A stretch of 64,000 bases of DNA, taken from positions 17,947-81,946 of IMG/VR virus record IMGVR_UViG_3300021371_000007; one strand, given 5' to 3'. Position numbers and translations under genes: made by a program. Positions within the stretch are counted from its first letter, which is position 1. Each line of letters begins with the position of its first letter. Under the pieces are notes generated by a model, which saw only the letters and a list, made by a program, of their open reading frames with translations, did not search any database and was not told where the DNA came from. Of the stretch, positions 10,761-21,687 are shown piece by piece. Origin of the DNA: a virus.

Positions 10761-12550
10761 TGTCTTCTCGTTCGTATGATTTTATACTTACACTGGCTGA
10801 TACAAGTAGCTTTTCTGTAGGAAATTCTGTGCTAGGAGTTTCTTCTAATGCTTTTGGTCAAGTAATATCTAAAGATAGCAGTAATCTAAAAGTAAAAGTA
10901 GCTAATTCTAAACACTACTTTATTTCTTCAGAAAATATAATTTCTAATGTGACAGTCAATACGTCTGCTACATATCAACAATCTTTTACTTCTACTCCTA
11001 TAGTAATAGACAGTAATTCTTATTCTATAAACGGTACAAGTAATACTTTTGCGCTACCTCATGTCCCCTTACATAAAGCAGAAATTGAAATATATGCTGA
11101 TAATGTATTTATAGAATCTGAAAAATATGTATGGCCTAGTACAGTTTTAGATGATGTAGGTGTAGATTTTAAAGACATAGAGATAATAACTTTTCCCGCA
11201 GCAAATGATAGAGCTATAGTATCTAGTGCTAATTTTCCTACTACGGGTACTAATAATTTAACCTTAAAAGTATCTACAGGAGATAAAGATTCTTTATCTT
11301 TTTTAGGCTCTAACACGCCTACTACTCAAATACAAACAGGAGCTAGTACCATAACTACTATACATCCTTCTAATTTTGTGCTAAATAGAAATGCTTTTGA
11401 AGAAGAACCTATTGTAAGATTATACTCTATTTATTATCCAGGAGAGTGGTATCCTGCTAATGATAAGGGTAATCCAACAGCAGAGGGTACAGGAAGACCT
11501 TGGCCTTACGGTTTTCCTATTAGATACGCAGAAATAATAGGAGAAGACTTTTCTATTGATGACTATACAATAACTCATCAAAGTAATAATTATGTATCTT
11601 TTCCTATTAACTATCCTGGAATATCTATTAGTTCTGATGGGTCTATAGGAGAGATAGACTTAGAAATAAGTAGTATTGATTTATCTCTACCTACCTTAGT
11701 AGAAGATCCGTTTTTAGTAGGCTATAATAATACTTCTGCAATATCTAGCACAGTTAATGGTGAAGTACTAACTAATATTGATCCAAGGACTGTACTTTCT
11801 AATCCTTCTTATGACGCAAATATAGTAGATTCTAGAGGAGAAAACCAGCCTTATGATCATTCTACTACTATTTCTCTAGGAGAAGAATGGGTATCTTTGA
11901 TGCCTGATAGTAGAGACTTACTAGGAGCAGTAGTAGAGGTAAGAAGCTACTATGCATCTTCACTAGAGTATTGGCCTGAGTTTTCTATTATAAGTAGTGT
12001 ATCTGGAAACTCTATAGGCTTAGAATCTACAGCTCCTTATAGAGTAGGAGACACAGTTAATAGTAATGTAAGTACTAGCACTGCTACTATCACTGCTGTA
12101 TATAGTAATAACTATATAAAATTAGATCAGTCTATTTCTGGTGCTGTGATAGGAGATAAGCTTTTAATAAATAATAGTAATTATGATCCTGATGCTTATG
12201 TAGAAAGAAAATTTACAATTAATAAACTTAACTCATATAATGATTCTTCTATTAGTTTCAACTTAGGAAGCAGAACAACTAATTTGCTAAAAGAAGTCCC
12301 AAGAAGAAAATTTTATAAAAACACTTGTCCTTGGAAATATAAAGGAGTAGAGTGTAAGTATCCTAGTGGTGGCACAGGAGTAATTAGCAATAGTATACTA
12401 CCTAAAACTGCTAATGGTATGTTTACTATAAACAATGTAGCTACTTCTGATCCCAACTTAGATAAATGTTCTAAAAGTATATCTGCTTGTAGATTAAGAA
12501 ATAATCTGTTAAATTGGGGAGGGTTTCCTGGTGTTAGAAACAAAATTTAA
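10760..12550 (+). CDS. Tail tip protein, lambda gpL-like, enlarged
   Basis: C-terminal CPWKYKGVEC...DKCSKSISACRLR...WGGFPG four-Cys signature of gpL. Confidence 0.8.
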   Translation: MSSRSYDFILTLADTSSFSVGNSVLGVSSNAFGQVISKDSSNLKVKVANSKHYFISSENIISNVTVNTSATYQQSFTSTPIVIDSNSYSINGTSNTFALPHVPLHKAEIEIYADNVFIESEKYVWPSTVLDDVGVDFKDIEIITFPAANDRAIVSSANFPTTGTNNLTLKVSTGDKDSLSFLGSNTPTTQIQTGASTITTIHPSNFVLNRNAFEEEPIVRLYSIYYPGEWYPANDKGNPTAEGTGRPWPYGFPIRYAEIIGEDFSIDDYTITHQSNNYVSFPINYPGISISSDGSIGEIDLEISSIDLSLPTLVEDPFLVGYNNTSAISSTVNGEVLTNIDPRTVLSNPSYDANIVDSRGENQPYDHSTTISLGEEWVSLMPDSRDLLGAVVEVRSYYASSLEYWPEFSIISSVSGNSIGLESTAPYRVGDTVNSNVSTSTATITAVYSNNYIKLDQSISGAVIGDKLLINNSNYDPDAYVERKFTINKLNSYNDSSISFNLGSRTTNLLKEVPRRKFYKNTCPWKYKGVECKYPSGGTGVISNSILPKTANGMFTINNVATSDPNLDKCSKSISACRLRNNLLNWGGFPGVRNKI

Positions 12551-12908
12551 ATTACTGTTAGACGCTATAGGAAAATATTCTCAGTCTCAATATCCTTTAG
12601 AGGCTTGTGGGATAATTACTTTAGATTTTGAGTTTATACCTAGCAATAACTTAAGTAATAATCCTAGACATAGTTTTATAATCGATCCTATTATTGTTAA
12701 TAAGTATGATGGAAATATATGGGGTATTTTTCACTCTCACACAGATGAAAAGTTCGAGACCCCCTCCGAGTTAGATATGTCTTTAACAGTATATCCAGAC
12801 ATAAAATTTATATTATTCAATAATAAAAATTATTACATATATTGGTACGACACAGATAAAAATATTAAAAGGTACGAAAAGTTTAATGAAGATCACTGTA
12901 AATATTAA
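12531..12908 (+). CDS. JAB/MPN metalloprotease, gpK N-domain-like
   Basis: EACG...FHSH...PSELD JAMM motif; position after the gpL-like gene. Confidence 0.8.
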   Translation: MLETKFKLLLDAIGKYSQSQYPLEACGIITLDFEFIPSNNLSNNPRHSFIIDPIIVNKYDGNIWGIFHSHTDEKFETPSELDMSLTVYPDIKFILFNNKNYYIYWYDTDKNIKRYEKFNEDHCKY

Positions 12909-13503
12909 TAAGCCTCTTAGATCTTTCTTTGATGATAGATCTTCTATAATACTAGATGCATCAGACTATTTTGATATATACTCTGGTCTTAAGAATATGT
13001 TTCCTAAATTTAATAAGTTACTAAATTCTATAAAAAATACAGAGTCTAAATTTCAAGACGTAGTATTTATAGAAGATAATAAAATTATAGACGTATCTAA
13101 ATTTAAACTAATAATTAAAGAAAACTTAGCAGTATCGTTAACTCCCGTATTTTTTGGCGCAGCTCCCTCTTATACTTTTTCTAATCTATATAGCGATATC
13201 AAATCTAGTTTTATGTATCCTTTATTCGGTTTATCTACTGCTAGTACAGAGTCTTCTGACTTTGAAGGATTAGATAAAAGAATACTAGACTCATCCTTAT
13301 TTGGAAGAGCAGAAGAAGTATATGCAGCAGGTATGAGAACAGAAAATGATGTATTTGGAGAATTACAAATTAATACTAATGCAAAACTACCTATAGGACT
13401 TCACTATGGTCTTGTAAGAGTATCAGGTACTTTAATAAATAACTACACTAAAACATATAGATGTGATCCTGATGTGTTTAGAGTAAAGGATGTAATACCT
13501 TAA
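12886..13503 (+). CDS. Tail assembly protein, gpI-like
   Basis: Ubiquitin-like N-part ending LTPVFFGA; C-terminal PIGLHYGLVRVSG; position between the K-like and J-like genes. Confidence 0.65.
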   Translation: MKITVNINKPLRSFFDDRSSIILDASDYFDIYSGLKNMFPKFNKLLNSIKNTESKFQDVVFIEDNKIIDVSKFKLIIKENLAVSLTPVFFGAAPSYTFSNLYSDIKSSFMYPLFGLSTASTESSDFEGLDKRILDSSLFGRAEEVYAAGMRTENDVFGELQINTNAKLPIGLHYGLVRVSGTLINNYTKTYRCDPDVFRVKDVIP

Positions 13504-15992
13504 TGGCTATTTCACCACTAACCCTGTCTGTAGGTCAAAATCAAACATTTCAAAAGCAATTAACTAAACTAAATACAGATATTCAGTTTAGTCATGTCGC
13601 TATTGGTGAAGGACCTATATACAGAATAAATCCTAACGGTGTTCAAGATATTAGAATAGATGGTAAGTTTATTGATGATTTAATAACTGTTAATAATGAA
13701 CCAGATCCTTATGTTTTTCAATATAAAAGTACTACTGGCAGTATTAATCAGCAAGTACTTACTCCTTTTAGTGACGAAGTAACAAACAATATAAGGTTTT
13801 CCTCTCCTATTGTTCTTAAATCTGGACAGATAAAAGGTGTTGTAACAGGAGTGCCTGAAGCTAATGTAGTATTTTTTCCTACTTCTGCTTCTGTAGGGGA
13901 TAATCCTATAGACACTTTAGTGTTTAAATTTTCTGTAGAAGAACTATATAAACAAGATACTAATAATAACTCTACTACAGGGCCTCAGAATCAAAGATTA
14001 GATTTAAGAATAGTAGTACACGACAGGAATGAAACAACTAACATAAATAATTATATTGCTTTAGTACAGCACTCTTTCACTGAGACTATTACTTTTGATA
14101 CTATATTAGAGGTGCCTATAAGCATACCTTCAGCTAATCAAAGCGAAAATGGATATAGAGTATCTGTATTAAAAGGCTCTGACGACACTTTAGATTCTGA
14201 GATTAGTTCTGAAGTTTCTTTTTTAGGATTTAATGAAATATCCCACGAACCTTTCTCTTATCCTAGAACAGCTAGTATAGGCTATGCCTTAAAAGCTACA
14301 GGACTGAGATCAGATGCTGTTTTAAATTACTCTAGTTTAGTAAAAGGTCTTATAGTCAAAGTTCCTTCTAATTATGATCAACCTATATTAAGTAATGGAG
14401 AAGTAGATTGGAGAGAAGTAGAAGTTGATGCTATAACTTCTACCGGGTACGAACTTCAATCCTCTCCAGGAACTATTCAATTTGATGCTAATCCTGTAGT
14501 TTATAAAGGTATTTGGGACGGTACTTTTAAGTATGATTGGACTCAGAACCCTGCATGGATTATATATGATTTATTAACTAATACTTCTTACGGCTATGGA
14601 ATACCCGAATCATATGTAGACAAATATAACTTTTATAAAGCTTCACAAATATTTGACGCAGTAGAGCCTGAAACAGGAAAATTTATAGGTGTTGAAACAT
14701 ATGCTGACGGTAGTATACGTCATAAACCTAGAGGACAATTTACTTCTATACTAGAAGATCAAATAGGTTTATCTTCATCTAAAATAATAAAAGAAAGAAG
14801 AATAGTATGTGATCTTAGTGTTACAGACTCTATAGAAACTTATGATCTTATAAATAAAATAGTAGCATCTGCCAAAGGTTATTTAGAAATTAGTAATGAT
14901 AAGATAGGATTGGTGTTAGACTATCCTAATTCTCTTCCAGAACAAATGTTTAATGAGGTTAATTTAACAGAAATAAAATACTCAGGAAATAGAGCAGAGG
15001 ATTACGTAACGGCGGTAGAAGTTTCTTTTAATGATGGTGCTAATAATTATAATAAAGACTTAATAAAGATATATGATCCTGATTCTGATATGCTAGAAGA
15101 AAAAGTAGCTAGTATAGACTTAATAGGCTGCTCTAGAAGAAGTGAGGCTATTAGATTTGCTCAATACATATTAGCCTCTAAAAAATATGTAAAAAGAAAA
15201 GTAGAATTTTCTACTTTTGTAACTACATCAGATTTAACTCCTGGAACTATTGTTTCTTTATCTACTCAGACAGTAGGATCTATATACGGATACAATGGTA
15301 TTATTCAAGATAACTCTGCGGCTAGCAGCGCTACAACAAATTTAAAACTACAACACATTTCTTATCCTCCAATTTCTAATGCCGTATTTGAAAGTAATAC
15401 TCAACCTCTAGCGTTACGTCACTACAGTCAAGAAAGTGGTAAATCTGAGCTTTATATTATAAGTAACACTCAAGTTTCTTACGCTACTACTGGTAATGTA
15501 CAAGGATCTTTGTCTGGCTATGATTTTATAGAAGTTAAAGCTTTAAGTAAATGGGACCCTTTAGTAAATACTTTTGTAGGAATTAGTACTTTTGATCCTT
15601 TTAATACTCCTAAAGAAAAAGATTTATGGGCTCTTGGAGAAATAGACCCTAGTAACTATTACTCTACTAACGCTGCAAAGTTATTTAGAGTAGACTCTAT
15701 ATATATGCCCTCTGGTGCAGAAACTAGTATTTCTGCTAGTGAATATGTACCAAAAGTATATATAGACAGTGAAAATATTATAAACTTTGAGCCTATACCT
15801 ATTAAAACAATAGCTAATCCTCTTATAAAACCTGCCCCTCCTATATTTTCTATTAGCCCTGTTTATACTAATACAGGTGCTGGTAATCCAATTTTAAACT
15901 TTTTATTTAATGTACAAAGCAGCTCGAATATTCAAATAGCTCAAGCTTTTATACCTAGTTCAAGCTTTGTACCTGTATTGGGGGCTATATAA
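13503..15992 (+). CDS. Baseplate hub / tip attachment protein, gpJ N-terminal-like
   Basis: IGEGPI, YPRTA, KVPSNYD, WDGTFK..WTQNPAWI.YDLLTN..YG, GC.RRSEA.R motifs. Confidence 0.85.
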   Translation: MAISPLTLSVGQNQTFQKQLTKLNTDIQFSHVAIGEGPIYRINPNGVQDIRIDGKFIDDLITVNNEPDPYVFQYKSTTGSINQQVLTPFSDEVTNNIRFSSPIVLKSGQIKGVVTGVPEANVVFFPTSASVGDNPIDTLVFKFSVEELYKQDTNNNSTTGPQNQRLDLRIVVHDRNETTNINNYIALVQHSFTETITFDTILEVPISIPSANQSENGYRVSVLKGSDDTLDSEISSEVSFLGFNEISHEPFSYPRTASIGYALKATGLRSDAVLNYSSLVKGLIVKVPSNYDQPILSNGEVDWREVEVDAITSTGYELQSSPGTIQFDANPVVYKGIWDGTFKYDWTQNPAWIIYDLLTNTSYGYGIPESYVDKYNFYKASQIFDAVEPETGKFIGVETYADGSIRHKPRGQFTSILEDQIGLSSSKIIKERRIVCDLSVTDSIETYDLINKIVASAKGYLEISNDKIGLVLDYPNSLPEQMFNEVNLTEIKYSGNRAEDYVTAVEVSFNDGANNYNKDLIKIYDPDSDMLEEKVASIDLIGCSRRSEAIRFAQYILASKKYVKRKVEFSTFVTTSDLTPGTIVSLSTQTVGSIYGYNGIIQDNSAASSATTNLKLQHISYPPISNAVFESNTQPLALRHYSQESGKSELYIISNTQVSYATTGNVQGSLSGYDFIEVKALSKWDPLVNTFVGISTFDPFNTPKEKDLWALGEIDPSNYYSTNAAKLFRVDSIYMPSGAETSISASEYVPKVYIDSENIINFEPIPIKTIANPLIKPAPPIFSISPVYTNTGAGNPILNFLFNVQSSSNIQIAQAFIPSSSFVPVLGAI

Positions 15993-18900
15993 TGGCTAAT
16001 TTAACTTTCTTAGTGGCTAACACCACTCCTTTTGTAGGGCAGCCTTCTGCAGCCTTATTTGGTAAAAACGGGTCTAAGTCCTCTTTAGGTACTGTAAAAC
16101 CTTTAGTTCTAAACACAGAATTAATAGATACTAGTATTACTTTTTCTGTTTCTAATCTGCACTTAATGTATGATGATAACTTTGACTCTCACTTACTAGA
16201 GGCTAGAAATAATACTCAGCTAGTAACTCTTAAAGGTCAGTCGCCAGATAACTTATTAAGGTATAATTTAAATATAAAATCAGCGTCTAATACCGCAGGA
16301 GTAGCTGAAAATACAGTAGGTCACGATTCTACCTTAGTTGCTTTAAGCTCTAATATAACTTCTTTTGATATTACAGCTAATACTTTAACTATAGACTATA
16401 ATACTGCAGAGGTAGCGACAGTAGTTAAAAATGCTTTACTACCTTCTCCTTTTTATGTTGAGCTTCAACAATTAATAGAGCCTACAATATCTAGTTCTAA
16501 TACTTTTTTTATATCTGGTGATCTTAATATCCTATCTAATACGCATAACGTAGCCAATCAAGCAGGAACTATGCTTTTACCTATAGGAGTAGCCCCTCCT
16601 GCTAAAGGTCTAATAAGTACTTTTGTGAATGGGAGCTTAGTTGAAGAAGAAGTAACTGAGTTTTCTTGGTCTGCAGGAGATAATTATATAAACCATAATA
16701 TATCATCAAGCGACTTAGAAATAATTACTTCAGTAGAAAACTACTCTTCTCCTGCATTTGAATCTAAAGATAATATATTTATAGTTGATAATGAGCAATT
16801 AAATACAATAAATTCAGTATCTTATATAGCTAGCTCTCCCACGTATAACACATCTTTAACTGCCTCTGATTTTTTTAAAGTAACGCTTACAGATAATATT
16901 GCTTCTTCAGTGGGTAAGACTACTATAATGAACACATCAGAAGATTTAATTGCTGATATTAGTTCTATTGACACTATAAACAAACAAGTGACCCTTACCT
17001 ATGACGAACTTAAATATGATAAAGGATATGAGCTTGCAAATAATGGTGTTTATATATTATGTCCTTTTAGCTATAATGACTTTAACTCTGTAACTTTAGT
17101 AGACAACAAAATACAAACTCCAGCTACAGCAGGCGTATTTGTATTTCAGGTATCTGCCGTAAATGAGTTTAATAGGTCTAGTGTGCCTATTACTCAATCT
17201 GTAGCTACAGCTTATCCACCATTAGGACAAGTATCTGAGACTGAAGTGGTGTTAACTGAAAACTTATTTAGAGATAGAACTAAAGGAGTAATGTCTAGAG
17301 TAATTGGGCAATTTCCTCACATTATAAATAGAAATGTAAAAACATACGATATAAGCTATAAAATAGTTCAATTATCAGGAGCAGATTCTCATCCTAGTGG
17401 TATGACTAATTTTACTAGTTTTATGGTAGATGCTAATGAGGCCGGAGAAGACGGTAACATTCACTTTGTTATAAGTAACTTAGATTTAGGACAAGCAGGA
17501 AACACTTACTCCCTTCAAGTAAAGATTTTACCTATAAATGGTCTTATATCTGGAATACCAGTATATAAATCTTTAACGCTATCAGGTAAATCTGATAGGC
17601 CTTTAGAATTAAATAGTTTTAACATAACCCAAACTAATGACTCTATAGTTTTTGATGTAGAATATCCTGTAGATTCACAAAATAATTTAGATGAGTTAGA
17701 TATCTTACATACAGAAGTAAGATCTTTAAAACCTGTAGTAGGAATAGACAATCAAAACAATATTAATGATGCTTTTTTAAGGGGAGATAAAGTAATGCTA
17801 TTACCCCATCCTTTAAGTAGGGCTGAAGTATCTTTAGACAGATTTACATCAGGATCCTATACCTTTACTGCTAAGACTGTTGATACTAGCGGTAATTATT
17901 CTTTAAATGCTTTAGCTAGAAATTTACAAGTAGAAATATCTACACAAACTGATACGCTAGCTATTTGGAATGAGGCTGCTCCTAATACTAATATATCTTC
18001 TTCAGTAGGGAACTATAACTATGGGGATAACGTTTTTGTAGGAGTTACAGAAGTAGATAACGGAGGATTAGTATATCACATAGATCCTATAACTTCTCCT
18101 ATACTAGGAGTAGATACTCCGTCCAGCTTAGCAGAAGATGCTAATGCTTCTGCTAATGGGTTTTCATGGGCGCAAGGCCAGAGTCAAGGCTTTGATAAAA
18201 CTGACTTACTTATTACTTCTGCTAACTCTGTTTATATTAGCCCTGTTAGAGATTTAGGATCTGTAGTAAGAGGTAATATTGTTGTATCTAGTTTAGTTAA
18301 TTCTTCATTGTTAGAAAAGTTTTTAGAAGTATCACAAGATTTAATAGTGGGAGTATCTGAAGGACATAGTTCTCATGCTAATGTTTTATTTGATTCTGAT
18401 TTTGAAATAGGTACTGTAACAGGCTATAATAATTCAGAATCTTCTTTTTCCTTTAGCAATACTCATAATACTATTATTGACGGTTCTGCCAATAATAAAG
18501 TATTTGTAATTGTAAATCCAGGACAGGAAGTCATAGGTTCTATGGACGCTGCAGACGATGTTTCTAATATACATAGTTATGCTCTTATAGCAGGCGCTAT
18601 AAATACTAATGCTATAGAACTCAGTGCCGTATACTATGCTAATGGAAAGCCCGTGCCTACAGGCAACTCTACTAATAGTACTGCTCTTTCTAACATAACT
18701 CAATCTGGCAGTACTTATAAATTAGTAGATATGAATCAATTTGTAGATGCTTTTGGAGCTAGAGACTTTTCTCCTGATGTAGAAGTATCTAAAAACGTTT
18801 ATGTGAGATTCTCATCTGCTAATGTTTTTGAAACTTCTGATAATGTTTCTTCTAAACCTCATGGAAATGTTAACATTTCTTTGTTTGATGAAGGGGATGA

Positions 18901-19291
18901 TGATGAAAACTGGCAATCAAACTACTTTGGTTTAAGACGCTTTAGATATTTTCAAGTTAAAACTGAATTTGATATAAATGATTACGGAGACTCAGCAAAT
19001 ACCTTTATAGATGAACTAAACTATGAAGTTAGGGGCATAAAAAAAGAATTTACAACAGTTGTGAGCTCTGCTAATAAAGTTCAAGGAAACTTAGTAGTAG
19101 ACTATAGCAGTGCAGAATTTTTTAGAACACCTACAGTGTTTACTCAAATACTATCGGCTAATACCAGCCTCATATCTAGAACTAGCGATTTGACAAATGA
19201 AAGTTGCAATGTTACTATATTTAATACACAGAATGGAAATGTTGTTGACAATGCAGATGTCGAAATAACTATTTCAGCTACAGGAGCATAA
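15992..19291 (+). CDS. Tail tip / central fibre protein (FN3-like, gpJ C-terminal-like)
   Basis: Beta-rich 1099 aa; VSAVNEFNRSS, AKTVDTSGNYS and RFRYFQVK segments typical of J C-terminal regions. Confidence 0.6.
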   Translation: MANLTFLVANTTPFVGQPSAALFGKNGSKSSLGTVKPLVLNTELIDTSITFSVSNLHLMYDDNFDSHLLEARNNTQLVTLKGQSPDNLLRYNLNIKSASNTAGVAENTVGHDSTLVALSSNITSFDITANTLTIDYNTAEVATVVKNALLPSPFYVELQQLIEPTISSSNTFFISGDLNILSNTHNVANQAGTMLLPIGVAPPAKGLISTFVNGSLVEEEVTEFSWSAGDNYINHNISSSDLEIITSVENYSSPAFESKDNIFIVDNEQLNTINSVSYIASSPTYNTSLTASDFFKVTLTDNIASSVGKTTIMNTSEDLIADISSIDTINKQVTLTYDELKYDKGYELANNGVYILCPFSYNDFNSVTLVDNKIQTPATAGVFVFQVSAVNEFNRSSVPITQSVATAYPPLGQVSETEVVLTENLFRDRTKGVMSRVIGQFPHIINRNVKTYDISYKIVQLSGADSHPSGMTNFTSFMVDANEAGEDGNIHFVISNLDLGQAGNTYSLQVKILPINGLISGIPVYKSLTLSGKSDRPLELNSFNITQTNDSIVFDVEYPVDSQNNLDELDILHTEVRSLKPVVGIDNQNNINDAFLRGDKVMLLPHPLSRAEVSLDRFTSGSYTFTAKTVDTSGNYSLNALARNLQVEISTQTDTLAIWNEAAPNTNISSSVGNYNYGDNVFVGVTEVDNGGLVYHIDPITSPILGVDTPSSLAEDANASANGFSWAQGQSQGFDKTDLLITSANSVYISPVRDLGSVVRGNIVVSSLVNSSLLEKFLEVSQDLIVGVSEGHSSHANVLFDSDFEIGTVTGYNNSESSFSFSNTHNTIIDGSANNKVFVIVNPGQEVIGSMDAADDVSNIHSYALIAGAINTNAIELSAVYYANGKPVPTGNSTNSTALSNITQSGSTYKLVDMNQFVDAFGARDFSPDVEVSKNVYVRFSSANVFETSDNVSSKPHGNVNISLFDEGDDDENWQSNYFGLRRFRYFQVKTEFDINDYGDSANTFIDELNYEVRGIKKEFTTVVSSANKVQGNLVVDYSSAEFFRTPTVFTQILSANTSLISRTSDLTNESCNVTIFNTQNGNVVDNADVEITISATGA

Positions 19292-19292
19292 G

Positions 19293-19919
19293 ATGGCTAT
19301 AACTACTTCAAATACTTTTCATACAGCTGCTATCTCTGACACTATATCAAGTGCCAGAGGATATTGGAATTCTAGTTTTCAAGCACTGCTAAGAAATTTT
19401 AATAGTGCCAATGCTACTCCTAATTCTAATAATTTAAATTTTGAAGGAGCACTCACTACTGAGCCTGACGGTATGTTATATTATAATAATACTACTGGAG
19501 GGATGTACTTACATACTACTAAGTTTGGTCAAGGTCCTTACGGTAATTTTAGAAGAGCAGGACTAGGCACTAGACCCTACACTACTGTAGCAGCTGCTGC
19601 ACTAGATAGTGCTGCATTAGACCCTGGAGAGTTAATAGTAGTAATTAATGATACAGGAGGCACTGCTGCTAATAATAGAGTTTATTTAGTATCAGATGAT
19701 AATAAACATTTAATTGATGTAGGAATACCTACTACAGACGGGGTTATAGCTAATAATACTATAGTATCGAAAAGTATTACAGGAAATGAAATAGCAGATA
19801 ACGCTATTACTTCAGATCACATAGCTCCAGGTACTGTTATTGAAACGGATTTTGCAGATGAGTCAGTTACAGATAGTAAATTAGACTCTTCCCTAGTTAT
19901 GTTGAGCATGGTACTATAA
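19293..19919 (+). CDS. Putative tail fibre/adaptor protein
   Basis: In the tail module; IADNAITSDHIA/FADESVTDSKL repeats common in phage fibres. Confidence 0.45.
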   Translation: MAITTSNTFHTAAISDTISSARGYWNSSFQALLRNFNSANATPNSNNLNFEGALTTEPDGMLYYNNTTGGMYLHTTKFGQGPYGNFRRAGLGTRPYTTVAAAALDSAALDPGELIVVINDTGGTAANNRVYLVSDDNKHLIDVGIPTTDGVIANNTIVSKSITGNEIADNAITSDHIAPGTVIETDFADESVTDSKLDSSLVMLSMVL

Positions 19920-20272
19920 TGTTTTCAAAAGTTTTATTTGGATTTTTGTTAGCTAGTCTTACTGCTTCTGGATTTTTATTTTGGCAAAATAACGTCTTAA
20001 AAGAGAATCTAGTGAAAATAGAAGCAGTTTATGAGCGTCAAAAAACGACTATTTTAAAAATGGAAAAAAGTTTTTCAACTTCTGTTGAAGAAAATTCTAG
20101 ATTACAAAAAGCTTTAACAGCACAAGAAAACGCTATAGATAGTTTACGAAAGACACTAACTAAACATGACTTAACTAAGATTGCTAAATCTAAACCAGAA
20201 ATATTAGAAAAGAAGATAAATGATGCGACTAACGAATTATTTAATGATATTACCTCTTTTACTAGCGACTAG
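19919..20272 (+). CDS. i-spanin (Rz-like)
   Basis: N-terminal TM followed by coiled coil; overlaps a lipoprotein gene. Confidence 0.65.
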   Translation: MFSKVLFGFLLASLTASGFLFWQNNVLKENLVKIEAVYERQKTTILKMEKSFSTSVEENSRLQKALTAQENAIDSLRKTLTKHDLTKIAKSKPEILEKKINDATNELFNDITSFTSD

Positions 20273-20570
20273 TTGTGGTATAATACCTAGAGAAATAGAA
20301 GTTGTTGAAACTGAAATAGAAATTCCTATTATTTTTCAAGACTCTCCTAAGCCTGTTGAAACTTATCCGATAAATTTTAAAGTTATCAATGAAGAGAACT
20401 TAGAAGCTTTTTTAAATGAGCTTAGATCTTTAGAAGGTGAGGTAGTTTTTGTGGCTTTAGATGTTAGAGACTATGAAAAATTAGCACTAAATACTCAGGA
20501 TCTAGTTAGATATATAAAACAACAAAAAGAAATAATAATTTACTATGAAACACTATTAGAGGGAGATTAA
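20220..20570 (+). CDS. o-spanin (Rz1-like lipoprotein)
   Basis: Lipobox LLATSC; Pro-containing linker; overlaps the upstream gene. Confidence 0.65.
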   Translation: MMRLTNYLMILPLLLATSCGIIPREIEVVETEIEIPIIFQDSPKPVETYPINFKVINEENLEAFLNELRSLEGEVVFVALDVRDYEKLALNTQDLVRYIKQQKEIIIYYETLLEGD

Positions 20571-20632
20571 AGTGTTACATTAATATAAGGCTTTAAATAA
20601 TATATTATTTATAGCATACGGAGGCGATATAA

Positions 20633-21115
20633 ATGATAGATCCAATAACGGCTATTAGCGCAGCAACAGCTGCGTTTAATGGTGTGAAAAAGCTTGTTGC
20701 TGCCGGTAGAGAGATAGAAGATGTAGTAGGTCAACTAGGTAAATGGTATGGCGCAGCTGCTGACTTAAACCGAGCAGAGCAACAAAGAAAAAACCCCCCT
20801 ATATTCAGTAAACTATTCAATGGGGGTTCAATAGAAGAAGAAGCTTTAGGTATAATAGTACAAAAGAAAAAATTAGAAGAACAAGAAAAGCAACTTCAAG
20901 ACTTACTAAACATAAGATTTGGTTTTGGTACTTGGAAAGAGATGGTAGAACTTCGTCGCAAAATTAAAAAAGAACGAGAAGAGACTATGTATAAACAAGA
21001 AGAGCGTAAAGCGGCTTTTTTTGAGGGGTTACTTCTTATATTTTTAATCACTTTAGGTGCAGGAGTCATAGGTATAACTACATTTTTAGTGGGTACCGGC
21101 GCTGGTTGGTGGTAA
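20633..21115 (+). CDS. Membrane-anchored hypothetical protein
   Basis: GGAGG RBS; MIDPITAISAATAAF N-terminus, coiled coil, C-terminal TM. Confidence 0.6.
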   Translation: MIDPITAISAATAAFNGVKKLVAAGREIEDVVGQLGKWYGAAADLNRAEQQRKNPPIFSKLFNGGSIEEEALGIIVQKKKLEEQEKQLQDLLNIRFGFGTWKEMVELRRKIKKEREETMYKQEERKAAFFEGLLLIFLITLGAGVIGITTFLVGTGAGWW

Positions 21116-21285
21116 TATGGCCTTTAGTCTACACTACTCTAACTATGATCTTTATTGATAATCAACCCCCTTCAACCTTAGTACGAGTATGTAGATATCA
21201 ACATCCAGAAATTGTATGGAAAAAGCGTCAATACTGGATATGGGAGTGGCAGCAATGCCCTCCAGGAATTATTAGAGATAATTAA
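21109..21285 (+). CDS. Small hypothetical protein (58 aa, not in ORF track)
   Basis: GTG start overlapping the previous stop; VVIWPLVYTTLTMIF...CRY...QCPPGIIRDN; fills the gap. Confidence 0.45.
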   Translation: MVIWPLVYTTLTMIFIDNQPPSTLVRVCRYQHPEIVWKKRQYWIWEWQQCPPGIIRDN

Positions 21286-21304
21286 TTTCAAAGGAGAACT
21301 ACAT

Positions 21305-21673
21305 ATGGCAGCAGCAAAAACACTACAGCCTGACTCTATTTTTGCAGAGCTAGATACAGATGGTGATGGAGTTATTACAGACGAAGAAATGGCACGCGCA
21401 AAAGAAATAGCTGAATTTGAACATAAGCGTAAAATGCAAGAAAATGAAGATAAGAAAGAAGATCAAATCAGAGCTATGGCGTGGTTTGCTCTTTGGGGCA
21501 TGCTATTATATCCTATATTAATACTAGCAACTTCTTTCTTAGGAGTAAAAGACGCCGCACAATTAATAGGAGATATAGCTCCTACTTATTTTGTAGCTAT
21601 TGCAGGATTAGTTGCAGCATTCTTTGGTGCACAGGCGTATTCAAAAAATAAAGCTAATGCTGATAAAAAATAA
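21305..21673 (+). CDS. EF-hand-containing two-TM membrane protein (holin-like)
   Basis: AAGGAG RBS before ATG 21305; DTDGDGVITDEE loop; two hydrophobic helices and a basic tail. Confidence 0.6.
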   Translation: MAAAKTLQPDSIFAELDTDGDGVITDEEMARAKEIAEFEHKRKMQENEDKKEDQIRAMAWFALWGMLLYPILILATSFLGVKDAAQLIGDIAPTYFVAIAGLVAAFFGAQAYSKNKANADKK

Positions 21674-21687
21674 AAGGAGATAAGAAA

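Noticed and set aside
1037-18703. Minus-strand ORFs within the TMP and tail genes
   Set aside because: Antisense shadows of long coding frames, with no RBS or recognisable motifs.
21212-21304. N-terminal extension of the EF-hand protein given by the ORF track
   Set aside because: A strong RBS precedes ATG 21305, and another ORF occupies this stretch.
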